Below are positions 26,551-40,400 of a stretch of DNA of 64,000 nucleotides, one piece after another. The translations under genes and the position numbers were made by a program. Numbering within the stretch: the first letter of the stretch is position 1; every line of letters begins with the position of its first letter. The notes under the pieces were generated by a model, which was not told the origin of the DNA, searched no databases, and saw only the letters and a program-made list of their open reading frames with translations. Origin of the DNA: Eledone cirrhosa (taxonomy: Eukaryota); contig OZ024741.1 in assembly GCA_964016885.1 (NCBI GenBank), positions 337,094,001 through 337,158,000 on the forward strand. Direction: 5' to 3'.

Positions 26551-26917
26551 AGATTTTAATTATATAATATATATACATAAGTTTTACTGTTTTCTAGACG
26601 ATGAGGAATATAGAGCAAAGAATCCTTATAATAATATATACACTCTACTTTTCTTAAGTATTGAGTGCTGAGTAGAATAATGGTCTAATTGAACTCACCA
26701 AGTAATGTCTCACCTATATATAAATGTATATATATATATAGATATTAATAATATACATACATTATACAAGATATAAAATATATATAATATATACAGAAAA
26801 GTAAAGGAAGGTGATCAACAATTTAGTACAACTGGTATATCATAGCAATGAGATTCTCAGAAAAAGAGTTATCAGATTTTTTAAATGGACAATTCAGAGT
26901 TTAGAAGCTGCAAATTT

Positions 26918-26967
<50 letters not shown>

Positions 26968-27029
26968 TATATATAAAAATATATATGTGTGTATGTATAA
27001 ATATATATATCTGCATAAATGTATATATA

Positions 27030-27063
<34 letters not shown>

Positions 27064-27251
27064 AATACATTTTTATGGATATATAATCATGTATATATAT
27101 GTATATATATATATGTGTGTGTGTATATATATATATATATATGTACATACATATAAACACATACTTACATATATGTAGTGACATAAAAACAAAAGAAATT
27201 TAAATAATACTTAGTTTAATTTTTACGATTATCTTCTGCTGTACAACACAG

Positions 27252-27414
27252 ATGTGTATTAAAGAAACACCCATGACATCTGATGGCAGAATTGATAAAC
27301 TGTGTACAGTTATATCCCTTGGCTGCTCCAATGAGTTTTCCACAAAATCACCTCCTGCTGATAATGGGCAGAACTGGAGCGATGCAGATGCTGGACTCTA
27401 TGAAGAATTACCAG
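27252..27414 (+). CDS. Probable internal coding exon of host gene A (MCIKETPMTSDGRIDKLCTVISLGCSNEFSTKSPPADNGQNWSDADAGLYEELP)
   Basis: Acceptor ...tcttctgctgtacaacacAG at 27250-27251, strong donor CAG|GTATGT at 27415. 163 nt open in frame and non-repetitive. Ends in phase 1, compatible with the 37214 exon. Confidence 0.55.
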
Positions 27415-29261
27415 GTATGTACAGAGAAGAACCTTAAAAATGATAGCAATACAATAGGGTTTATTTTCTTCTGTTTTATAACCATTGGTATACACCTATT
27501 TAAGGTGGAGCAGATAATGTTGATAAAACTCAATGCAGCGTTGTAGTGGTAGATCCATCAAGGTAATGCATAAGGTATCTTCGAAGAATGTACACAGGCT
27601 GCAGACTCAATAAAATATGTGTATTTTAAACAATGAAAATTAAACAAAAGGCAGATGTAGGTTGTTAAGAGTACTCAATTGTTTTACATTCGTTTCAGAG
27701 GGCAGATTAATCATGGTAAATCGAATGATTGAACACCAGGTAGTGGTTACATTACTACCTATTTTTAGAGCCGATATTCAAGATCAATCACTCCGTCTTC
27801 CTCAGAAACAATGTTTTATAACCTTCAATTAAATAAACTGAAAAATGGTGGAATTTGTTTTGGTTTTGGTTTAATTTTTTCATGGAGAAAAAACATTACC
27901 CATTACCACTAAAATTTACTGCAAATTATGCGATGAAGATACCAAATAATATATTTCTAGAATAATATTTGAGAAGCATAAACATTAGCGAATATCTTTA
28001 GTGTTCAGCTTTGTACTTCTTGATTCAAACTAAACAGCATGGTAGTAGCTTTTTAATGGCAACCAACCATTTTAAAAGCAACATTTAGCCAAGCACCTGA
28101 ATACCAGAGTTCAATTATTGTTCCAGCTGCTTTATTCTTGCTTTCCACTGTTCAGATTTTTTAAAAAATAATAACAACATTAATCTTTATTATTTATTGA
28201 TTTATAAATTTCTTTTTGCAATAATTCAAACTATATTTTGTTTTATAATTCATATTTTATTCTTTTATATTCTCTGTCGTCTTTTCATTTAAAAAAAAAA
28301 AATCTATTTCATTACATTTTTTTAAAAATATGTATTTTAATTCTTGAAGTTTCTCTAACATAAAATATACTGTCATATATTACTGAAAATGGACAGTCTT
28401 CAGGACAAAGAAGATCAAGCATTACTAATGGAAAACAAAAAAAACTATAAGAGTGAGAAAATGTATCTATTATCTGAATGTGATGTTCTTAGGAACAGTG
28501 GAACTTATATTTCACACAATTGTGCACTGTATTATTTACTTTATGCTCTTTATGTCATACTAGCTTCATACTGTCTGCTTATGAGTTCAATTTACACATG
28601 GGGTTAATTTTGTATTTTCATCTAAAAAGATATGGCAAAATACTCTCTCACATCCCAATTCACCTTCCCTGTCCAACCCATGTCAGTATGGAAGAAAACT
28701 GTGCTCTCTACACTCACCCACATCCCCACATCTCCAGTTCACCTTCCTTGTCTCAGAATGTGAAAAGCCTGTCTAACCCATGCAAGTATGGAAAATAGAG
28801 GTTAAATGGTGGTGGCGGTGGTGATGGTGGTGATGGTGATGATGATGACGGGGTGGAGGAGGAGGAGGAGGGATGTGGGAGGAGGAGGGGGTGGAGGTGG
28901 AGGAAGAGGGTGATGGAGGAGGAGGGGGTTGGAGAAGGATTCTAGTAGATTCAGTTGTTGCTAAACTTTTTACTACAAAATTGAAGTGTTTAACAAATAA
29001 ATCAACATTGACTAAGAGATATTGAAGAAAGGAGAGACCAGTGACAAACATATATTTTTGGAACTATGAAGCTTGAATTGTCATGGGTGTCTCTTTGCAA
29101 CCACTTATGAAAAAAACACAGTTGCTTCTGTGATTCCTCCAGGATAAAGGGTCCTGGAGCTTAAGCTTTATTTAGCTCATAATAAAACTGTGACTGGGAA
29201 GCCTATAGATTTTACTATAAAATAAGTTAAGGTCATAAGAAGTTTAGTAGATTAAAACATA

Positions 29262-29445
29262 ATAATTGTTTCTACTTTTGGCACAAGGCCAGCAATCAAT
29301 TATCCCAGTGTATTACTGGTACTTTATTTTATCGACCCCGTAAGGATGAAAGGCAAAGTTAACATCGGCGGGATTTGAACTCAGACCATAAAGGGCCATA
29401 ACTCTTTGCTGTAAAGTATGGCGCCAGACCCTCTACCGATACTGA
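29262..29445 (-). mobile_element. SINE family 1
   Basis: Reverse complement of the family sequence. Confidence 0.88.
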
Positions 29446-29965
29446 TAATAATGAAGAATACAGAGTAAATGCATGATAGGGATATCATCATTAATAAGGT
29501 CACATATTTTGACAAACTGATGTCTTAATTGAGTATGTTACTAATTATCTCAATACTCTTTGTAAGGCAGATGGTATTTGTAAGAGCACCCAGCCATAGA
29601 AAATATGACAAAAATGTAAGCTCTGAGCAAGACGTGGGGAGTCTTTCCAAATCATGTTAATGATGATGATGATGATGACAATAAATCTTAAGTGAAAAAC
29701 AACCAATACATGAAGTTTGATTATCAATATGACCCTCTCATGGTATAACAATATATGTTTTAAAACAATTTTTCATCAAACATCTTGTAAAACAAATAAA
29801 GTTTGGCAAGACTCACAATAGAAGGAACAACACTATAATAACTCCACTTCATAAAAACAGGCATCTTCTCAAATTCAATCAATTCAAAAGTTGGAAAACT
29901 AAATTTCTCAAAGTATCAAGCCAATACTATTAATATCAATACAATTAACCATAATATATATATAA

Positions 29966-30482
29966 TCATCATCGTCAACATCATCTTCGTTTAATGTCTA
30001 TCTTCCACGCTAGCATGGGTTAGACGGGAGTTGTCCCACTTGAGGCAAGGTTGGTCGGGTGACCATGTCTCGCTCATATAGGACTATCTGGCAGGTTTTC
30101 TACAGCTGGATGCCCTTCCTAACACCAACCACATTTACAGTGTGGAACTGGGAACTTTTTACCGTGTTACCTACACGGCCACATTACAGCATGGACTGTG
30201 TGTTTTTTTGTCATGACACCTACACGATCTCGATCTCATTATCTCATTTATTTGGAATGAATGTTGTGGTACCAACTTTACAGAGGGAGGGTGGTGTTGG
30301 TGGAAGTGGGAGAATAGGATAGGGGTAGTGGATTGGGGTGTATTTGGTTAAGAGGTGCCTACTGACTGTAGGTTTCGCTGTGTACATAGGCAAGGCAGGT
30401 CTTCTGTATTACTGCGTAGCCCCAAAGATCTCAGTCCAGTGACATTGTCTTAGAGAGGTGCAAGTGTGTAAGGTCGGAATCA
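29966..30482 (-). mobile_element. RTE LINE 3' fragment (same subfamily as 14272); a further 3' UTR piece lies at 31005-31260
   Basis: High similarity to 14272-14780. Confidence 0.88.
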
Positions 30483-30642
30483 TATATAGATAGAGCAACA
30501 TAGACTAAATAGAATGGGATTAACCCTTTAGTTACTAACCCCGGCCAAAACTTGTTCTGGTTCAATGAAATGAAACCACCCACCTCAAAGGTTCCCATTT
30601 TAAATTAATATTTTCCAACATCAAGTTCCTATCTTAGTAATG

Positions 30643-30681
<39 letters not shown>

Positions 30682-30967
30682 TTATAGACTTACTATTTAG
30701 CCTTAATAAAATGGATATTTAAAATCTACCTTGACATTGAGTATTCATTTCTCTCAACCATGAAATGGATGGATATATATATATATATATGAGGGTGTTA
30801 ATGGGCGTGAGCCCGAAATATTGGGATTAAATCTCCACTACGGTAACCCTCCTACCTTTGTTTTGTTTTCGTTTTTTCATTTCTCTCAATTTTTACTTTT
30901 CTCCTATTTCTCACTCACTTCCTACCTCGAGAATTCCCATCTGCATTGTTGTGGCTTTCTAAACTAC

Positions 30968-31008
<41 letters not shown>

Positions 31009-31336
31009 TCATCATCATCATCATCATCATCGTTTAACGTCCATATTCCACGCTTGCATGGGTTTGGACGGGGGTTTTCTCACTTGAGGCAAGAGTGGTT
31101 GTCTTGCTCGCATAGGACTGTCTGGCGGGTTTTCTACGGCGCCCTTCCTAACACCAACCACATTTACAGTGTGGAACTGGGAGGTTTTTACCGTGTTGCC
31201 TACACAGCCACATTACAGTGTGGACTGTGTGTTTTTTTGTCGTGACACCTACACGACCTCATTGCTTGCAAGGGTGGGACGATATATATATATATATATA
31301 TGTATATGTACATATATATATGTATAAATATATGAA

Positions 31337-31668
31337 GGCACATGGCTTAGTGGTTAGAGCATTGGGCTTTTAATCGAAAGGTTGTGAGTTCAATTCTCAG
31401 ACCGGTTGATGTGTTGTTTCCTTGAGCAAGACACTTTATTTCACATTGCTCCAGTTTACTCAGCTGTAGAAATGAGATGATAGGACTGGGGTCCCTATCA
31501 TTCCACTGTAAAGTGGACGTGTAGGTGACACGGAAAAAAAAACACCCAGCACTCACTGTAAATGAGGTTGGTGTTAGGAAGGGCATCCAGCTGTAGAAAT
31601 GCCAGAATCAGTTCCCGTCCCACCCTTGCAAGCAGGGAAAAGCGGATGTAAAATGATGATGATGATGA
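31337..31668 (+). mobile_element. tRNA-derived SINE family 2 with RTE-like 3' tail
   Basis: A box TGGCTTAGTGG, B box GAGTTCAATTC, central ccttgagcaagacactttatttcacattgctccag, and tail ...gcaagcagggaaaagcggatgtaaaa(tga)n, which is shared with the RTE fragment at 16956. Confidence 0.85.
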
Positions 31669-31849
31669 TATAATGTAATAAATAAAACAATATAATTATT
31701 TCATTATCCAAGGTTTCACGAGCTAGACAATTCTAACAGAAACGTCTGATATCGTTCATCAGAAGGAATCTTTATTTGGATATATGATATCTTATATCTT
31801 ATATCTTATATATAATATCTTATATATATATGTATATATATAGAAAAAA

Positions 31850-32146
31850 ATAAAATAAAAATGGCGTAAACATTACAATGCAATACAATAGGAGGGAACA
31901 TGATAATAGTACCACTGATGATGTTGCAGGTGTGCAACGAAAGTACTTTGATAGACTATATATATATATATTCATATCTGTATTTTTAACCATTGGTCAA
32001 TTAATGATAAACGTTGATTGCCAAATAAATTAACTATGGAGATATAAAAGATACAGAAACGAAAACCAACCAAACAATGAGTGTGTTGTGTTATTATTTC
32101 TGGCAATATTATTACAACAATACGACCCTCCCCAAATATAACAATA

Positions 32147-32147
<1 letters not shown>
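31850..32147 (+). mobile_element. Solo 3' end (pLTR-like) of the 55.9-57.6 kb PLE family, with a hammerhead-like motif
   Basis: Clear similarity to 57360-57643. Motif CTGATGA-tGTTGCAggtgTGCAAC-GAAA-gtac-TT at ~31915-31948. A shorter stub of the family lies at ~10360-10425. Confidence 0.8.
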
Positions 32148-32189
<42 letters not shown>

Positions 32190-32879
32190 TATCAACAGGA
32201 AATACACACAGAAAATAGTTACATAGGGCAGACAATAACATCTTTTCCTTGTCAGCCACATTGCTGGTGTGCAATTTTCTACATTAATGTGGTATTGCAC
32301 TTGTAATGCCAGTTCACATTTACACACACACACACATAAACACACACACATATATATATATATATATGACAGATTTGTTCTCATTTTCTGTTTCCCAAAT
32401 TGACTCACAAGTGAATAGACATTTATCCCAGGTACCACACAGTGGAATATACTGCATTCATCTTTTAGAGTTAGAAATTTCACAGTTCAATATTCTTTTG
32501 TAGAAACTGAAACAATTAGTATTTAACTGTTTATCTGTTTTTAAATTAATAGAAATAATCATATATTATGTGATAAATAAACATTTCTCAAATTAATCTG
32601 AGAATTAGGATTGGAAGGCTGGCTTTAAGTCTCTTGTTCCCTCTCGTGTTTAACTCTTAACCTGTAATGATTTATCAGAATATATCTATATAACGAATTT
32701 GTTAAATCAAATGTTTATAGTATCATTACTAGGGAACACATTGTTGTGAAAATTTACAGCATTATCCTATAATGATTTAGCAGAAAATATCTAAAAATGG
32801 GTTTGTTAATTCAAATGTTTATGGACAGATTGTTGTGATAACTTGCAGTAAACTAAAGTAAATAATCTATTTCTTAATG

Positions 32880-33965
32880 TTATGGGACCTACTGTGGAAG
32901 GTTCTGCAGAGTATGAGATTGATGGTCAGCTTCTTCTTGCCCTGATGTCTCTATACAATTGCCCGAGCATTTGTGTTTGGATAAATGGTGCTAAATCAAA
33001 ACCATTCAATGTGGGACTCAGACTATGCCAAGATTGCATACTATCACCTTTCCTGTTCATTATTTTCATCAACAGGATTGAGATGTGCAGCCAGGTTGGA
33101 ATAGGGTATCATGACTGGCAGATGTAAAATCAGTCAGCTGGAGCTTTCAGATGACATAGTTTTACTTAACTTGACAGAAGGTGATCTCTGAATTGCACTT
33201 GATAGGTTTGATGCTGAGTTCTGTGAAAACTAAGACACTCATTCTTTCAAGGAAGCCTGTGCTGGGCACTCTATATGTAAATGGAGTGCTACTGAAGCAG
33301 GGGGAGCAGTTCAAATATCTTAGGGCCATGTTCATGAGTGATGGAATGTAGGAGGCTGGATTAAGTGTAAGAATTTCAGGTGCTGGTGCAGTAATGCGTC
33401 AGCTTCAGCATTTGGTAATCAGAATCTTCAATTCTGTATTCATGCCAACTCTTACCTGTGGTCATGAATCTTGTGTAATGGTCAAAAGAATACAATCGCG
33501 AATACAAGCAGCCAGAATGGCGGTCCTCCAAAGGGTCTTTGGAGTAACGTTACTCAATAAAGTGCATAGTTCGGAGATCAGAGAGTCAATCCAGGTAGAG
33601 TCGCTACTTCTCTGAACTGAGAGATCACAACTCCAATACTATGGGCATGTGGTTAAAATATCTCAAGGAAATATCGCTGGACAGATTTTATAGGCAAAAC
33701 TAATTGGCAGGAAGCCCCAGGGGTAGACTCCAAGCAAGATGGTTGGATATCATCCATGAGCTTGGCTGGTCTCACCTGGGGATCCAGCCCGATAGTTGGA
33801 GATGGTTACTTCTGACAGAATCCACTGGAAGGAGTTTATGAGGACTCAGACCCCATGACCCTCTCAGAAATATATGGGCAAAGAAGAAAAGAAGAAAAAG
33901 AAAAAGAAGAAGAAGAAGAAGAAGAAGAAGAAGAAGAAGAAGAAGAAGAAGAAGAAGAAGAAGAA
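32880..33965 (+). mobile_element. Decayed RTE-type LINE of a second family, with RT core and (GAA)n tail; a related 3' end lies at 3340-3575 (-)
   Basis: GLRLCQDCILSPFLF (GxxQG motif), ELSDDIVLL (FADD-like), FKYL, PTLTCGHES and LQYYGHV, with many stops. Confidence 0.88.
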
Positions 33966-35114
33966 TGTGATGTAGTCATATCGTTGTTTTGTAATTTCCA
34001 AGAATTCCTTGTTGATGTTGTTTCTTGTGCTACACGTAGTTAAGAGTTAAACAGAGAGAGGGGGGGGGGGGTTTCAGGACTTCCGAAAGTATCTGTGTGG
34101 AGGGAAATGGGAAAGGTATCATCAAACTGGGGACCTGCTTCAAATGTTTGCCACAGACTAGACTCCGTTAAAGATAGCCAAGAGCCAGCTGGTGGTGTTG
34201 AACTAGGAATGGATTAAGTCTATAACATAAATTGACCACAACAAGACTTAAACTCAAAATGAAAAGTGCCAGAAAAAAAAAAATACAGCAAGGCCTCTCC
34301 TCCACCACCTTAACAATTCTATCAATCCACTGCTCCTGGACAGGCACTTTATTCTATCAGCCTTGAAGAAATGAAAGCCAAACTTGACTTTGGTAGGATT
34401 TGAACCAAAGAGCAGAGAGCCATAACAAATACCAAAAGGCATTTTGTTTTCTTTGTTTTTCAATAAAATTAAGCTCTAGTGTGTAAATATTTAAGATAAA
34501 TCGCCGTTATTAACTTTTTTAATATGAAATTGCCTGAAACTCCCCCTGGTTCTATGATACTTAATTTTATTTCAAACCTTTCACCATAATTTTATGTAGG
34601 AACTTTTCTTAATTTATGTTCCAATGTTCCAAACTCCAACTAAATACTTCCAGATTCTTGTTACTAAATACCTCCAAATTCTTGATTATTTACTAAAGGA
34701 TTTGAAAATTATATGTTGTGTCTTTCATTAGAAATATGGTAATGAAAGAGATGAAATGTTTATATTTAACCTTCCACCATAATTCTATGTAAGAACATTT
34801 GTAAAGTTAATTTCCAAACACTAACTTAATAATGAGAATTAGTTATATTACTAAATCCCTCTAAATTCCTGATTATTTCCCAAAGGATTTGAAAATTATA
34901 TATAGTATCTTTCATTAGAAATCTGGTAGTGAAAAGGTTAAGATTATATAGTTCTCTGGACTAGTTTGAATTTAAAACACCTGATGACAGCCAAGGATAA
35001 AGAAAATTGAAATGAAATGTAGAGCATATATATATATATACATATATATACATACAGTAAACATACACAGAGCATATATATACATATGGTAACATACAGT
35101 ATATATATATATAC

Positions 35115-35493
35115 ATACGGTAAATACAGATGCAATCCAATTCAAGCACTCAACGTCATGTTACTTCTTCAAAATAAGAATGATGGAATATAATTAGAAT
35201 GAGGAATATGTGAAGTTGTACATGTTAAGAAGTCCTTTATTAAAAAAGCTGTGATTATATTTCAATGACAATCATGGTCATTTGATTATTTAACCATTCT
35301 TGTGATCTCATCAGACAGCGACATTGAGTAAAATGTTATGTTTCCAAAGCTATCATCAATGCAAGGGAACGGACAAAAAATTATGTTTTTGTAAGGATTA
35401 CCTGTTCCCTTGTGAGCTTCTCCCAAGTGACCATGATTGTCATCGAAATATATATCAAGGACTTTTTAACATCTACAACTTCACATTTTCCTC
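35115..35493. mobile_element. Fold-back insert carrying the 35248-35319 hammerhead
   Basis: 35201-35284 is inverted versus 35425-35493. The left arm continues to the TA tract at ~35115. Confidence 0.75.
35248..35319 (-). ncRNA. Type I hammerhead ribozyme-like motif with intact core and long stem II
   Basis: Minus strand: GCTGT-CTGATGA-[gatcacaagaatggtta...tgaccatgattgtcatt]-GAAA-tataa-TC-ACAGC. Stem I GCTGT/ACAGC is perfect; the cleavage triplet is AUC. Confidence 0.7.
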
Positions 35494-35495
35494 TT

Positions 35496-35558
<63 letters not shown>

Positions 35559-35586
35559 TCATCAACGTTTGATGATATATATATAT

Positions 35587-36376
35587 ATCATCATCATCAT
35601 CATCATCGTTTAACATCCGTGTTCCATGCTTGCATGGGTTTGGACGGGAGTTTTCCCACTTGAGGCAAGAGTGGTTGTCTTGCTCGTATAGGACTGTCTG
35701 GCGGGTTTTCTACAGTTGGATGCCCTTCCTAACACCAACCACATTTACAGTGTGGGGCTGGGACGTTTTTACCGTGTTGCCTACATGGCCACATTACAGC
35801 GTGGACTGTCTGGCGGGTTTTCTACAGCTGGATGCCCTTCCTAACACCAACCACATTTACAGTGTGGGTCTGGGACGTTTTTACCGTGTTGCCTACACGG
35901 TCACATTACAGTGTGGACTGTGTGTTTTTTTTTCGTGACACCTACACGATCTCATTTGTTTCGGCCTGGATTTTGTGGCACCAACATAACTTTACATTGA
36001 AAGGGGCGGTGTGGATGGGGTGGGGGTGGTGGGACGGGGGTGTATTTTGTTAGAGATGCCTACTGACTGTAGTAGGTTTTACTTTGTATTTAGGTAACGC
36101 GGGTCTTCTCTGTTACTGAGTACCGCCAAAGGTCTCGGTCCAGTGACATGGACAATGACCGATGGGTGAAGAAATGCTAGGAAATCCCAGTGGAAGGAAG
36201 CCACAATAGAGGATGACCAAGAAAGACCTGGGCAGAGTTTGTGAGAGCTGACATCAAATCGCTACAACTGACAGAGGAGATGACAAAGGAATGCGAAAAG
36301 TGGAGAGATGCCATGGTGAGAAGGAACCCTCCAACCTATGCAAGCATGGAAAAGTGAACGTAAAAATGATGATGAT
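35587..36376. mobile_element. Two RTE 3' fragments joined head-to-head (minus 35587-36150, plus 36150-36376)
   Basis: Both outer ends carry (GAT)n tails. There is an internal ~113-bp tandem duplication at ~35690-35920. Confidence 0.8.
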
Positions 36377-36804
36377 ATATGTATTGTGTGAAATAAATGC
36401 CAAATTGGCGTATACCTTCCTAGGTACTCTGAGTTTCCTGAAGCAAGTTGATTTTACTTCATTCGTCAGCCCTGCCTGAATATGTATTTCATACAATATA
36501 GTATATTTACCTCAATATTTACATATTGATGGCTACAGACATGTATATACTTAATTCTCAGACATGTGTATACTTAAATCTGAGACCTCATGATTATGAA
36601 ACAAACTTTTTTACCCTTTCTTTACCATATTTCTAATGAAAGACACTGCCTGAAATTTTCAAAAACATTTGAAAATAATTAAGAATTTAGAGGAATTTAG
36701 TAATATTACTTTCTCACTTTTAAGCTGGTGTTTGGAACATAACTTAACAAAGGTTCTTACATAGAATAATGATGAGAAATCTTTTTTAAATAAATATAAA
36801 CATT

Positions 36805-37052
36805 TTAACCCTTTTGTTACCATATTTCTAATGAAAGGCACTGCTTATAATTTTCAAAAACTTTTGAAAATAATCAAGAATTTGGAGAGATTTTGTAATA
36901 ATTTTTTTCATTATTAAGCTGGTGTTTGGAGCATAATTTAATAAAGTTTTTTTTTACATGGAATCATGTTGAAAGATTTTTGGATGAATATAAACAGCTT
37001 AATATCATAGAACTGAGGATGGGGGTCATGCAGTTTGGTATCAAAATGTTAA
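36805..37052. mobile_element. Second TTAA-type MITE family (relatives at ~3120-3335, 6443-6590, 12205-12530, 34510-34940, 36610-36800, 59880-60141)
   Basis: Ends ttaacccttttgttacca / tggtatcaaaatgttaa, with a recurrent internal gaaaataatcaagaattt..gaggaatttagtaatat. Confidence 0.65.
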
Positions 37053-37213
37053 CTATTCATTCCCACTGCATCCATATGGTAAATATACACTCTAAAGATA
37101 TGGTTAATTGTCAAAACAACTATCATCTTAAAATTGAACCTCAGTTTAATAATTGTAAATGATATTTGATATTTCTGCATTGCTTCTATTTATTATATTT
37201 TTCCTTTTTACAG

Positions 37214-37488
37214 ATGTCTACTCTAGCAAACATAAACAACTTCAGAACACAGACAAAAACAGGCCAGCAGTACAAGTATTAACAAAACCTCTAGACATTA
37301 AACCCACTTCCAGATGTTTCTATCCAACAAAAGTTGACCATAAAAATGATACAAATAATTTAAAAAAGAATTCTGTGAATAGCGACAATCAGAAATCAGC
37401 TTCAGAATGTTGGAATTTACCAGAAAAAAACAGTTTCACATCTTATGCTAAGCCATTTCCATCAGTAGCTAAATTGTCATATGCATAA
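37214..37488 (+). CDS. Probable terminal coding exon of host gene A (DVYSSKHKQL...KPFPSVAKLSYA*)
   Basis: Strong acceptor ttttcctttttacAG at 37212-37213, phase-1 start, ~91 open codons of hydrophilic sequence, followed by ~3 kb almost free of microsatellites. Confidence 0.65.
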
Positions 37489-40400
37489 AGCATATTGCAG
37501 TTACATATTGCACAAAAAGCATGGAAATTAAGCAAAACTTCAATAACAGCAGATATTTTATGAAATATTAAGCACTGTTTGATGGCAAGTATGTATTTAC
37601 AAAATTATACATTCATAGACAAACTACTGAGTTGTTGATTCTTTCACAGATAACATGAAAAAAGTAGTTTGGAAATACTGTAACACAAAGTTATAATGTC
37701 TCATGAATTAAACATATATATGAAATGCCTGTTGGCAAAATGACTTTGCTAAATATAGCAAACAGAAAAAAAGAGGAAAAAAATACAAATGAAAAGTATT
37801 TGGTGAGGGTATTTGAAAAAAAAAATAATGTAAAAAATATAAGAGAAAATTTCAAAGAACAGTATTTATGTTTATTTCAAAAAAGGAAACATTATGCAAA
37901 TAATATACAGATCATTTAAGATCTAGATCTCTATGTCCACAACTCATTGGATGAACAATTCAAGCTACTTCAACAAACTTGTTATGAAGAGATGCATGGT
38001 TGTGATAGAGAAAATTATCTCATCTCACAGCAAAACATCAAAACAAAATAAAACACAAAACAAAATCATTGGAAAATATTTCTAAGTTTTCACCTCAATG
38101 ACAGGATTCATATTTATTATGCTTCTTTTTTTATAATTTATAGTGACAATTCTTTTTGTCACATTTTTACTATACTGATTTTCATCATTTATTTCTCAAA
38201 ATAAACATCTAAATCCTAACCATTTTATGAAAAAATTCTTTTATTTCGTGATTTATTTTGATACATTATCAATAATGACATTTCTCTTCATTTCGTTTTG
38301 AAATATTATATATTTTTTACTTCCAATGCTGATATTATCAGTCATTGTTTACTTGTGTTTGAACTTGAGCATGTTCCTACTAAATTTTTTTATCGCCGAC
38401 CATGAACAATGTAAATTTTCATTTGTGTTAAATATATTGATGTTAAAAGAAATATTTCCTGTTTAGCTATATATTTCTGAGTTGTCTTTTTGTTTTTCTT
38501 TCTATTTTGTTTTAAATGTTTTCATAGGTTTTTACTGATTCAATATAGCTTAATTAAAAACATATTTTTGGAATAACTCTGAAAGAATTTGTTCACAGAA
38601 GTTTCAAGAATGTCATCTGTTAGCTAAAGCTGTATTTCGACATGTAAAGAGAGTTCCATATTTAGAATTTAGTGTATGATTGTATGCTGTGATAAAATGA
38701 ATACTTCATCAAGATGCTGTCAAAAATAAAAGTGAGACAATGTTTGTAGCAAGACATGTTCTTCTCATCTTACAATAGCTTCAATAAAAAGAAGAAAAAA
38801 TTTCATGGGTATTTCTCATTAGGTAGTAGAAATACATATGTAACTCACCAATATCTGATAGGTAAGCAATGAAAGGGAGTTTAAATATAACATAATGAGT
38901 GTCTAAAAAACAAATTGTACCTAACTGGAAATATTTGCCTTCAGGGAAATTCCCTGTAAACATATTGTTATAAAGCTATTGCAAACTAGAAACATTAAAG
39001 ATAGCAAACAGGATCAAAATTGGATTTCGATTGAATTTAATGTCTATTTTTAAATAGTGTTTAATGTGGAATATCGCTTCTCCTTAAATCTAATAGAAAC
39101 ATTTCACTGAGACATAAATTATTCTAATACAATTATAGTTACTGAATTTTAGACAATGATGGTAAAATTCATAAATATTATCATCATCATTTTTATGTCC
39201 ACATTTTCATGCTGGCATGGGTTGAATGGGATGTTTTAACACAAAGTTTTACAGACAGATGCCTTTTCTGATGCCAACCCTTTTAGTCACCTCTTACAAC
39301 ACAAAGGGATACAGTGTACCTATTCTATAAGTAAGGGTACACTCAGCAAATCTCTGAATATTATTTGAGTTTTCTACTGATTATTGATTCTTGTAAAATA
39401 TCAAATACTTATAAGAGTTCAAATTTTCATAGATAGAATATTCATATAATATTTGTTTCCTTTCTTATTTTGGTAAATTTGAAAATATTAGTTATTGCAA
39501 GTTTGCTGTGAATTATCTAAATTTATTAAATCCTTATTATTTTAAAGTATTTGTGGAATGTTTCTCTCAGAAATACATATCTTCATGGAATATCTTGTCT
39601 TGTAGACACAATAAAAGCCACAAAAGAAGAAGAAAACTGATAAAAAAGATATTTAGTCCTCAATAACAGTAAGTCTAGAAGACTACATTTCTATCAAAAC
39701 CTTGTTAATGGCACCCAAAACCTACAGGCACAAGTTCTAATTTTAACTGGAAATTAAATCCATGTCAGATTTACTTCGCTTAATGGAAATATTTTGAGAT
39801 CCACCTTCTTTTAAAAAAACCACTAAAGTGTTTGCATTTAAAAGATTTAAGCTTTTAAATATTTGAGAGAGAATTTCCTCTAATATAGGTCAGATCTTTG
39901 TTTTTTAGAAACTTTTAAGAAACTTTACATGTCACAGCCTCAAATAACTTATAATTATATGAATATTTTTCAAGAACTTATGGTGAAAAAAATCTTATTA
40001 AGATTAATTATGGTGTAACATTATGTGTCTTATTACCAAGTAAGTTTTATATAATATCCCTAATATTTTGACTACATGTATGTTAATATCCACCTTTTTT
40101 CCATTCAGTGGGTTTAAATGCCCCATTATTAGATTATATTAAGCAGTCAAAATATTATGGCAACACTTCTATTTCTATTTCAATTTCAAACTTCACTCAC
40201 TGCATTCTAAACATACTTCCTTTGTTTAAATATCCATTTTTTTAATCAAAAATCCCTTCTGAAAAAAGCAACAAGGTGGACATTTTTGTATTAAAAACAC
40301 CAGAAGTCAGCATTAGCTTATTATTTCTAATCCTGATACATTTCCTGTGAAATTCTCAACCATATAACAATTGGAATTAAAGAATAATTTCAAGGCACAT

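Noticed and set aside
28389-28607. 72-aa ORF MDSLQDKEDQ...
   Set aside because: No recognisable motif or convincing splice signals.
31337-31410. tRNA gene
   Set aside because: The A/B boxes are the head of a SINE that continues into a shared body and LINE-like tail, with no complete cloverleaf.
33855-34043. Poly-Glu ORF
   Set aside because: It is the (GAA)n tail of an RTE LINE.
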